A stretch of 64,000 nt of DNA from Phoronis australis (taxonomy: Eukaryota; Animalia; Phoronida), in assembly GCA_002633005.1 (NCBI GenBank), contig NMRA01000832.1, positions 64,861 through 128,860 of the forward strand, written 5' to 3'. Of the stretch, positions 12,801-24,800 are shown one piece after another (within the stretch, counting starts at the first letter, position 1; each line of letters opens with the position of its first letter). Under the pieces are notes generated by a model, which did no database searches, had not been told where the DNA came from, and was given only the letters and a program-made list of their open reading frames with translations. The position numbers and the translations under genes were made by a program.

Positions 12801-15800
12801 TTTACAAGTAGGATACAGTAATCTTGTCTTACATTTGCAGGTCTGTCTCCCGTTGTCTGAAGTAGTCCGACAATGTCTTCAGTTCACTCTTAGCCTCTCG
12901 CGCCTCTCTCTCCGCCGTCAGCTTGGCATCTTCCAAGCTTCGCACCGTAACTATGTGCTCCTGGTTTTTTTCTGTGACGCGAAAGAACAACAGTATCCCA
13001 ATATTATACTGAACTAGAAACAGCCTAATAACCACGCAAAGATTTAACAAGCCCTGCAATTAAATTAGCTTTTCAACTGTGACACAAAGACTGATGACAA
13101 ACTTAAGAATGAAAAAAGTCTTGCCCTTATTTAAATCCACTTGCATGTTACTGTTATGATCTAGTATGTTATTTGACATATTTAAGCCAGCATACAATTC
13201 TTCAATAACCACTGGTCAATAATGTCCATTGCTCAGCAATTGAATCTAAACGCAACCAGAAACTGAAGTAGACCTGTGTTCCATCAAAAAATTCCAATTT
13301 AAACCAAATACCGTTATCATGTTGGCCTCAACTTGTTCTTTGCTCGGATTAGACGTGATTTCTGGGCTTTGGGAGAACTGAAAGTTTGTTAGTGCTGGAG
13401 AATGGGAACAGAAAATTGGCATGTCACTTGTCACTATGTTTGGTCCAGGTAATAATGAGCTGCTGGTAAAAATGAGAGAAGTTACTAACTAGAAGACATT
13501 TATTTAGTTAAATGAGGATAACGTTTCAAGCCTGCAGCTCGCGCCCTTAGTCACATGACTGTTCTTCCCGTCGTTGTGAAACCGGAAGTAACATCTGATC
13601 GTAAATAAGCAGAAGTTGCAGCCCTTGGTCCTGATTGAGTGAGGAGAGGTTGCACTGCTTAAAGTAAATGGCCTCTTCGATTTTACTGCCAATGTTCCTC
13701 TCTGGATAAAACTCGAGTATTGTCCATATTGATGGTGAGGCCAGATGAAACTAAATGGTCACCAAAAGCAGAAGGTTTGTCCAGTATTTTTGTGTTCTGC
13801 ATAGCGGGTGCCGACAGCGCATTTGGTTTCACCGATGTCTACGTGAGAATGAAATGTTATGCTTAACTAACTAAACGTCTTCTAGTAACGTCTCTCGTTA
13901 TTACCATGATCACAGGAGACAGTGATGAACACCTTTAACTGAATGAGCTTCTAGTTCTTCTCAAGTCCAAATATTACCTTTAATCCAACTAAAGAACAAG
14001 TCGAGACTATAAAAGTAACGTTTTGGCCGAGGCTCTTTTTGCGTCACTTGATGCCAGTTACAACAAGGAGATGTGTTAAGTTTATAGTTGCCTCGCCACG
14101 GATGCAATTTTGATCATTTTGTGTAAGTCGTAAAACCAAAGAAACGGAAATCATCCGTTTCATTTTTGGATCAACTTCCCGTATTTTCCATTGATAAAAG
14201 TACCAAAAAGAGTAAATTTCTTTTTCTCAGTTTACATCGTAGGTCGTTCTGTGCTAAGCGAAATGATTTTGTGACTTTTTATGCGACCGCAAGAAACAGA
14301 AATGGAAGGGGGTCCACTGGACCACAGTGTTTGAAAATGTAGTCAGGGTTATCACTGGTTAAGTGGTCTAAATTGAGTTTTGCTTTTTGATGGAAAGTGG
14401 TTTTAAAGCGGCAATAAGTTTGTCACTTGTGAACAGAATTTAAGAAAAACAAGAGTCACCCATAAATAGCACATTTGACAGTTAGCATCTTAAATACTCA
14501 CGCCAGTTGTGCCAAACCTCTGCTGGGGAAACAGAAAAAGTATTTTGGCTGTGAACTAGGTGATGAAACAACTAGTACGCATAGCAACACTAACAACGTA
14601 TCGCACAATTCTTGATTATAGTTCAATATGCTACACAAAGCAATACCAACTCACTAAAGTTCACGTTCAATAATACTATAGACACTCCTCTACAGAAATA
14701 CCTATACCGGTACATTGTACAATACAGTCTATACAGTACCTTCCAAATTTTCTCTCAGCTTAATTTCTTCCTTAAGTCTTTTCTCAAATTGCTCCTTGTC
14801 CTCTTCCAAAGTCTTTAAAGTCGAATTTGTCTGTCATGAAAACATGTATTCACAAGTCAATAAGACAGATCACTAACTACACTTATGACAACAACTGCAA
14901 GAGAAATTAATAATACATCCCACAAATGTGTAATTCAATATGTAGCAAACAGACTAAAAAAAACAAGATAGATTGTTACCAACTTTGCTGGTGCAGGGGT
15001 CTGTTTCATGGACTGTTATCAGCTTTGCTGGTCCAGGGGTCTGTTTCATAGAAAGGGACTAGAGACTCAAGACAGAAATTTGGTCTTATGCTCCACATAA
15101 ACTATTTCCGAAAAATAATTAAAATCTCACTTTCAAAGAATAAGGTATCTGAGAATATACCCATAACCATTACTTACTGAGAAAATTTGGACAACGTCGA
15201 GTTATTTCCAGGCAGCGTTATGCCAATAATGACACGTTACATAACTTTTACTTGGCAATTGTGCAATGGGGCCGAAATGTGTTGTATATCACCTACCTTT
15301 GAGACGTCCATCATCACCGACATAGTCTGCTCTCGACGCTGGGCAGCCTCTTCTTCAGTTTCGTCATCACCCTTGCTGCCACCCAGGTCCAACTGATGGA
15401 AGCAATCTCGCAACACCTGAACAATGCAACATCATACGGTGAAAAGAATGTGAGTGATGTCAATACACAAACATGAATAGCTTGATTTTGCATGCATATA
15501 TGTTATACTGGGATGTGTTACATAGAAACTGGTGGGTAAGCTAAAGTGGTTGCTTGCTTTGCTTGTAAGGCATGGCATTACCTCGCAAAGACTTGTGTAA
15601 TCTCAATGCATATTCGCGAGATTCTTGCATTAGCCTGTCAAAACACTGTCAATGGGCAGGTATGCATCAAAATGGCAAGTAATTGTTAGGGAGCTGTAGT
15701 CCCAGGGCGTACCTTTCCACAAAATGAGTAGGGGGGGTACCGCACATANACATTTTAGATCAACACAATGCTTGGGTGACAGGAGAAATGGGCAACGGCT

Positions 15801-18800
15801 GCAATAACAAATGATGATTAAAATAAAAAATAATTGCAGGCGGTCTGATACACGTTATACCAGACATGCACAGGCCTCGCATGTGGACCCATTGCACTGA
15901 TCACCTGGAAATATTTTTATGCTTTATTAATTTATGGTTAAAACCGAGCTGAGGAGCTAGAAACCTGGCTCAAGGATTTTTAGCAGTGTGACCTGGTGGG
16001 ACTTGAACCCACGACCTTGAGTAAAGAAAGCAGGCACTTATCAACCAGGCCATACTGCCTCCTCTAACAAATGATGAACCACCCGCTGGCAATTTATCCA
16101 CACGAGATGATATCGGCAAGCTGATATACCCATCTGAGATAGCGATCCCAGAGAGGTTAAGATGCCAGATACCTAAGAAGCCGAAATACCCACCTCAGAA
16201 ATACCTGAAAAGGCAAAATACACACCCTAGTTGGTGGCTTGTCCCTATTGACACATTCAACGGAAAACCCTCCGGAGAAGTAGTTCTACCCATTCGTTTG
16301 ACTTTGAAAGCTAAAGAATCATTCAATGTGTACTAAAAACTCCGTGAAACATGAAAAAGGCAACATAAACCAAAATTAACAATAAACACGCAATAATCAG
16401 AGATCACACTTGCAGGGAAATGTTCTAGTTGTGCTAGCGTATCACAAAAATCCACTTACCTCCAATTCATTCTCTTTCAATTTGAACCTCTCCTCTAGTT
16501 CATTGTATTGTTGCTGTAGATCACTTAACTGTGATTTAGCTTCCTTAGCACTGTAATGGAAAGAAAGACTTTGTTGTAATGAAAAACTTACAAAGACATA
16601 ATCCTATACACAGTCCCTGATACAGTGGATGGACTTTAACTTGGTTAATACCTATGTTAATTTCTTTATTTCTTTCAAAACTGGGAATCCACCAACAGAA
16701 AGCAGCAAGCACCGACTCAATTAGCCACATTAATTTTGTGAATTATTTGAACCATTGTTCCAGGAAAAAAGTCATGTCGGCGTATACTGCTAAGGATAAA
16801 AGTTTGAATATGAGTAGCTGAGTACACTTTGATAAATAGGTTAACAAGCAATTTGAAATAACTGCTGCTTGTCCTGAAGGTGAGACTCCTAGGAGATCAA
16901 TTAACACATGAGCTTTAAAATGTCAAATGTTATTAATAAGTTACACATTAAAAGAAATGAATAAGGCCAAAAAGGAATAGTTGGTTTTGGCATGTACCCT
17001 GCCCTTTCCAAGTATCCTTTTTAACGAACTATTTACCAAGTAAGGAAAAAGAAAACCTGCCGTAATCAGTTTCAGTCAAGGTCCCGTGTTTTGTTGAAAA
17101 GCTGCACAAAGCACATAAGCAAGGGTAGGCAAGAACTGAAATGCCACGATTAGTCAAGCGATGAGCAAAGAATAATAATGAAAACCCACATCATTTCTCC
17201 GTGTCTCGGATGATTGTGTTTTTTTTAAGTGAGCAACTAAAAAGAATACTGCAATAGCGCCTCAATTTTCAAAAAGAAAAAACAACAACACAACAAGTAC
17301 CTAAACCAACTTTGCTGTTTAACCTAACAAACAGCGTGAAATAAATCAGTGTATTAATAACTGGTCAGTGACACTAAACAAAATACCTCCTCAGCCTGAC
17401 GTAACTGAAATCAATGAAGCACACTCGCACTAAAGGCCTGTCCATTTCATACACAAGCCCTTTATTGTGATTTGAAACTAAAGCATAAACTGGGCTTAAA
17501 CATCCATCCACCATGTATGCTGCCAACTCATAGACTATAAATAGTCCCAAAGCAAAACAAAATCCGCTATTGTTTCACAATTCCCAAACAGCACAGCTTA
17601 CCTTTTACACATGAAATGACTTCGTTATAAGCAATTTTTAACATCTTGAAGACAAGTCCAAAATAGTAAATGAAGCTGACCACAATATTACAGTTTTATT
17701 GATTGATACGTTCAATACAACAGATCCGGAGAACATACGTGATGCATGGATGTTTTGGTTCAAACTCAGCAGCTCAGCTATGTATCAAAATAATAATAAT
17801 ATACACAAGTTTCACATCTTGTGTTAAGGCAGGCAAACTGAATTCATGACAACTTCTCACTAGAAGGGAACATAGGCACGCCAATGACCAGCTCTTTGTT
17901 ACTCAAGAAATAACTACATATTAAGTGTTTAAACTCTTGGATAGAGTACAATAAAATTATGCTTGTTTGCAGGATTTCATTTTACAACACTATTCACAAA
18001 GTAAGCAAACACTGCACTGATTACACTCAAACAGACAACAAGAATAAGATCCATGCTTAACATGACAATTCTTGGCGCTTTAAACAGTTAAAAAAATTAA
18101 GCATCCCTAGGTAGTTTCACAGCAATATTCTAATGTTACCAAAGTACATGAACTTGGCTGTTGTGAAAAGCTCAACAAAACAACAATATTGGCACGTGAA
18201 CAATTCGAATTTTCCCTTAAATCCAATTTATAAAAACACTACAGCAATCCCAGCAACCATCCATGCCTATTTCCTAACACTACAGACTACAGATAAACCT
18301 TTCTAGTAGGTCCACAGCAAAATCAATCTTCATGAACAACGCAAATGCTCTAGACTATTCACCTACAAATTCAAACCAAAATGCAGCGGTAACCAGTGTC
18401 TACCACAACTATATGCTTATGACCTCTGACCTTTTGCTAACTGTATCCTATACAATAGTTATTTTTATGCAAGGCCTCTACTCACCTGACAGTGGACACA
18501 TTGTGGTAACGGGAACTTTCCAACGAGAACATTACGTTTGCACTATAACAGTGAACGAGGGAACCACATGACACTAAAATTTGCAAATTGGTGAGAATTT
18601 TGCCCACACCATTGTGCATAGCAATTTAGATGCCCTTAATAGGCCACGTTCACTTACCAAGACTTAAGTATACCTGGCAGGCGAGTTTACTAACTAGTAT
18701 GCTTGAACTAATGGTCAACATTTGATATAATTATTTACTTCTTAGGATAACAACATGCATAAAAATGTTTTGTCGTGGAACGGGTAGCAAACATCTTTAT

Positions 18801-21800
18801 ACACTAAGCAAGATCACCAAGGTCACAGTAGACGACCGATGACCCTTGCATGTACTTGCTTCCATTACCACAGAGTCCGTGCCAACGGTGGGTATCGGCC
18901 TGCCACAAACAGACAGCACTGTTGTACACTAAGACAGCAGCACGTTTACATCCCCACACTGTTCAACTACTGACTACAAAACAGGCTCAGAACCAATCCG
19001 CAAGACAAGTCCATTCTTACCCTGTCTTCCATGACTTGACATCCCCCTGCAGTTGCTTCTTGGACTGTGCCAATTTCTTAATCTCCTCTTCTTTCGTCTT
19101 GACATCTTCCTCTTTCTGCGCTAAGTTAGCCTCAGCCTCGCCCAGTGCCGTCTGCAGTGTCAAGAGCTGCGTGTCCAGAGAGGTCTTAGCCTGCTCCAGC
19201 ATCTGGGCATGTTGGTCCAGTTGTAAGACCTAACAACAACAAAAAATAATTGCAGGCAGTCTGATACACACTGTATCAGACGCGCGCAGGCCTCGTATGT
19301 GGGCCCATTGCACTGATCACCTGGAACAATTTTTATGCTTTATTAATACATAAAACAACAAGAGACTGAACACTTACTTACAAGTGAGACAAAAACAGTT
19401 AGTGTAATGCTAGAGCATCTATTGGCTCGTTTGTTGACTAATTCACAGCACTGGCACATCTATAGTCTTAGTGAATGTTGCTGACCTGTCAATAGTAATT
19501 TGCATGTCAGTGGCTTTTAAATGACTATGTTTACCCTGAACCCGCGTTTGTAAGTGCTTTGAGATGCGGGATTTTAAACATCATCTGTGCCACCTCACTT
19601 GAGAAAATCAGCATGTTTGCACGATAACAGTTCTGCTTCGACTGGGCCTGTTACTGTTGTTGATGTTGCAAATTCCAAGAGTACATACTACCAGTGTATT
19701 ACTACTACTACTACTACTACATATTCATTGTGACATAAAGCATAGATTGTAATAAATCAGTGAAACTCAACGTGTCTGTTTTGAGAGTAAGACAAGCCTC
19801 TTGCAAAGAGTGGCAATCATTTCAGTCAGTGTCTGTTTTGAGAGTAAGACAAGCCTCTTGCAAGGAGTGGCAATCATTTCAGTCAGTGAACAGTTGCTCA
19901 TATGTCATTAGTACTTCAACGCCCCCTGTAGAACATAAATGAGACCCTTTCCCTGAATCCATTGTGCAGATTTAGGTTAGGAAGAAGCAAATAAACTAAT
20001 GGAAACTTTGTACTTAAANAGCAAATGTGACTTTTGTAACTGGTCCTTTTGCAGTTATGAATTAAATTATAAATTATACTCAAGATTTATAAAGTCTACT
20101 TTGTCAAATGTGACATCTTGCACCACACCATGAGAACATTCGTTTGGCTAAACATGTTTTAAAAATAAATGCTGAAAGATTCTGAACACGTTTACTAGAG
20201 TTATTGTTAACCACATTCTTGCAGGTAAAGAGTCAACCGCGTGAATAAACCCAACATTACTGTTGGCTCATTTCATTTATAAGCTAACCTAATACAAAGG
20301 ATATACAACCACTGTCTATTTCATGTAAGCTATATATGCACCAATGAAAACCAGTTTGGTGATTACCATTAGTTGCAAAAATGGTTCGTCTCCACTGGTT
20401 GCTTAGCAACACAGCACAGCAGATCCAGGCGCTTTACTAATTGTTCACATCAGCAAAAGTGAACATGCATAAGAGCCAAGTCATGACAGAATTCCATGGG
20501 CATATGCACAAAAGTCTGCATGAGTCTATCTTTGTACAATTCAACCCCAGTATATAAACCGCCCAAATTACGATGTTTCAATACATGTATTAAGACTGCG
20601 TGTGAGACGCCAACTTACACTAGCTTCCTTCGTCTCTGCCCACTCATGGAACTCAGTAAGCCGAGACTGAGCTTCCGTCAGCTGTTGCTGCAGGGCTGCC
20701 ACTTGCTCTTGCAGGGAACTGTTGTGCAACTGGAAACACAGAGACACAACAGCATAAACATCAATATCGATACAATGTGGACAGAATGGGATAATGCGTT
20801 GTACTTTGTACAAGGCTGATGTGACATCGATACAACGTGGACACAATGGGATAATGTGTTGTGCTTTGTACAAGGCTGATGTGAAATGGAAATTCTTTCA
20901 ATTTTCATAGGCCTCTAACACCGTTGTGAATGCCCGCAGTGTCTCTGATGATTGTTAAGGCAAAGGACTTGAAAATGGCAAAGCATTTATGTCATGTTGC
21001 TCATCCTTCATGAAAGAAGTAAAAAACTAAAATTTGATCTTTTGCCCAACTATGTTCTAAACTGGTGACATTTTACAACGTTACAGTTTACAATTTAAAT
21101 GCTTTGATTCTCGGAAATCTTAGGGAAAAATGGGTTTCGTGGCACTGCATCTCAGTCGCCCCCCCCCTCCCCCTTTAGGTCACCAAGTGATCACAGTCTA
21201 CTCCTTCATAACACAAACAAGACAAGATTTGAAAGTGTCCAATGTAATGTCTTACCTTAGTCAATGAGGGTCAGATTTCTCCAAACACTTTTAGTTGTTT
21301 TAATTGCAGCTTTGATGATCACAGATACAGAGTAAAACATGCATGAAAATGATGCCTGCATGTTAAAAGTCACACGTACTTTCCAAAAAATTACATTTGC
21401 TTGCAAAATGAAAACATCGTCTTTATGAATTTCTCGCGTAATATTAAAATCTTTCTTCTTAACAGCTAATTTCTGAAGGTAAAAGTTACACAATATTGAC
21501 ATGGTATACATGGGCAAAATTTTAACAATTTCTGGCTAAAAAACTTAAAATGATCTAAAGGAGTCCAAGATGCTAGATTGCAAATACTTACGTGGACAGT
21601 TTGAATCTCTTGCTTTTCCCTAAAGCTGGTCTCCTTCTGGGATTTCTGGGATTTTTCTAACTCCAATAACTGTATGAACAACAACAAAAATGTAAAATAT
21701 TTTACAAATACCTTTTTGCTTCATAATAATCATCCTGACGTGCAATGTCTGAAAACTCCACAATTCAAGAAAATTAAAGTGCCGGCTTAGCAGAACCCTT

Positions 21801-24800
21801 TCTCTACAATTTTCGCTATTAAGAAGGTCAATATCTCCCTTTAACAAAAACGTGTCGGTAATTCCGGGAGAACGTGTATTTAGAATAAACTTGATAAAAC
21901 CATCTCCCTAAAAAAGCCCAACATTTGTGGACCCATGTTTAGCTTTGGTTTCCAGCAAGTATTGTTTCAGTGGCAAGCTGAACTCAAACAACCAAGTCTG
22001 GCCGCCATTAACCTAAAGATAAACTATTATTAAAGATGTTTTGTGATCAAATAACTTCTGCTCAATATTATTCACGAACAACACCTTAGGGGGAATTGAA
22101 ATTAAAATGACTTCTTCATTAGCTACTAGCAGAAGGTAATACGCAACAGCACGTCTGGTCGCAGTAAGAACAGGTGGTTCAACAGCACCTGCTATATATT
22201 TGTTCACTCTATTTATATACAGCTATGACAGACACTGTCATCACAATCGTAATGAAATGTACTGTTAATAAGATTGCAACAAAGAAATTGCGCCAATATA
22301 CCATGGCCACACGCATAGTCACAGAGGGGGGCAGGGCACAACTCCACGAACTGCAGAAAAGCTCTTGCCATGGTCAAAAGATTTTTAATATTGCATTTGC
22401 TCCTCCCCCTTGATTGCTAAGTGCCCCCAGGTTGACATACACATCAATAACTTGACGATGTCGGTGACCATGCCATGCCATTTAAACATGATACTAAAAT
22501 GACTAAGGGCACTAAGGCTTCCAAATTCAATATAACTGAAACAGCTGACAATTTTACCTTTCTTGTTGCTTCTTCAGCCTGCTCCTCAAGACTTTCTTTC
22601 TGAATTTCCAACAGTTTGCACTTTTGATCCAACTCCATAAAATTAAACTCAACTGATTTTCTCTTGCGATTTCTCTGGAAGTGTACAGTCAACAATTCAT
22701 ATTTTAACAAAATCGATCCCACTGAAAATTCAGTCTATTGCCACAAAGTTGCGTCGAAATATTAAAACTGGTTAACATATAATTCCAGGCTAGGCAAAGT
22801 ATAAAGTACCGGTAATCAGTATCAACAGATTCATCTTCCCAAAACAAAGCACTGAGAGTTCAAGCAATATCTGACAGAAGTGTAAGGTTAAAGGCTATCT
22901 AACAGTGTGAGATGAAACAAAATGAGTTCATGTATTATCAAGAGTGGGTAAGAGATTAGACAGCAGCACAAATATCAAGTATTGCAACTTCACCTTCAAG
23001 TAGTCTTTCCCCCTATCATAAAACATAGAAGTCATCATCGCACCTTTTTGAGTATAACTCTACGACTTAATCTGTGCTATGCACCACACCTTGATAGGGT
23101 GCTCTAGACGGTTGGTCTACATTATACGATGAGCACACCTTGATAGGGTGCTCAAGACCAGTGGTCTACATTATACGATGACCACGGAAATTTGAATAGG
23201 TGATGCGACATCTATTTGACCAACCGAATTTAGCCAAAACAAAATCCAATCCCTGACATATGATCAAATTTTGATTTTCTACTGAGCACATGCGTGTTTG
23301 CACTTCTTGTAACTATACCCTTGGAGTGTTGAATTCGTAACCTAGAAATATTACAACCATTTTCATAAATTTCCATCAAAGCCTTGAAAATCTAAAAGAA
23401 CAGCGCCACTTCACCACTACAGACTTACATTCCTGTCACACACAAAGTAGCAGAGAGTGTATGAAATGAACAGCGCCACTGAGAACAGCGCTACCAGAAC
23501 GATGAGAGCGGGAGGTAGCCCCAACGGTTCTTGTTCCAAGATCATCTTCACAGAGGGCGGTAGCTGCAAGAGAATGAATAATTAAAAGTGCACGTGAACC
23601 CCATTATTCAATTTGGCACATGGTCTGTTACAATGAAAATGACTCCCTGAAACTATGTAAATTAGCTGCATTTGCTGCAGAGTTCCGAGCCTGTAAGAGA
23701 TCCGCCTGAAAGTCATCATCATCTGTTGTTATCTTCATATAAATACACTTACTAAATTTAGTAAAGATCCTGCAGTGGGTTTAGGAGATACAACTATGGG
23801 CGCAAAACAAAACTACCACTAGGAGGTGCAACAGTAGTCAGTCTCCATCATCAAAGGTCGTCTTCACACTGAGAACATATATGCCAGAATTTTCAAATGA
23901 TTTGGTTGATACAGGGGTGCACACCAAAAAAGGAATTTGAAAACAGCAAAAATGGCCACTAGGTGGTGCAAAATACCTCGATTCTATCCTAAAACAGGAA
24001 TATAGAGTCATCACACCAATAGATGCCAAAATTTAAAATTTTATGAAAAACTGTTGAAGACCTTTGAAGATACTGAGTTAAACGTAAAAAAAAACTAAAA
24101 TTGCTACTAGGGGACACAGCAGTAGTCAGATCTGTCTGATGAAAGTCGTCGTCATCCGTAGTCAACATCATATAAATACACTTGCTAAATTAAGTAAAGA
24201 TCCTGCGAACGGTTTAGGATATACAGCCATAGGCGCAACAAAAACAAAACTGCCACTAGGAGTTGCCACAGTAGTCGAAATCATCGGAAAATCATCGTCA
24301 ACCGTCCTCTTTAGAGTAAGCACATACCTCCCAATTTTCACAATCATCCTTTGAGCGGTTTGGTTGATAGAGGGGTGGACGCAAAAACTCAAAAACAGTA
24401 AAAATGGCCACTAGGTGGCGCAAACTGCGCCGAATCAAACCAAAACGGGAGGATAGCGTCACCTCACTAATAGGTGCCTACATATTAAATTTCATGAAAA
24501 TCCGTTAAGGACTTTTGAAGATACAAAGGCAAGCGTAAAAAACTAAAATTGCCACTAGGGGGCACACCGGTAGTCGGATCCGTCCGAAAGTTCACTCATG
24601 CCGTCCCATTCATGAATGGAACATATGTACCAAATTTCATGAACGTATGTCAAAGGATTTTGGAGATAGAGCAGTGGACGCCGAACGGATGCCGCCCGGA
24701 CGGACGGACGGAGATGACAGCATAATGCGTCCACATATAAATATGTGGGCACATAACAATGCATTATTCAATTTCACTGTACCAATTCCTTGACAAGGAC

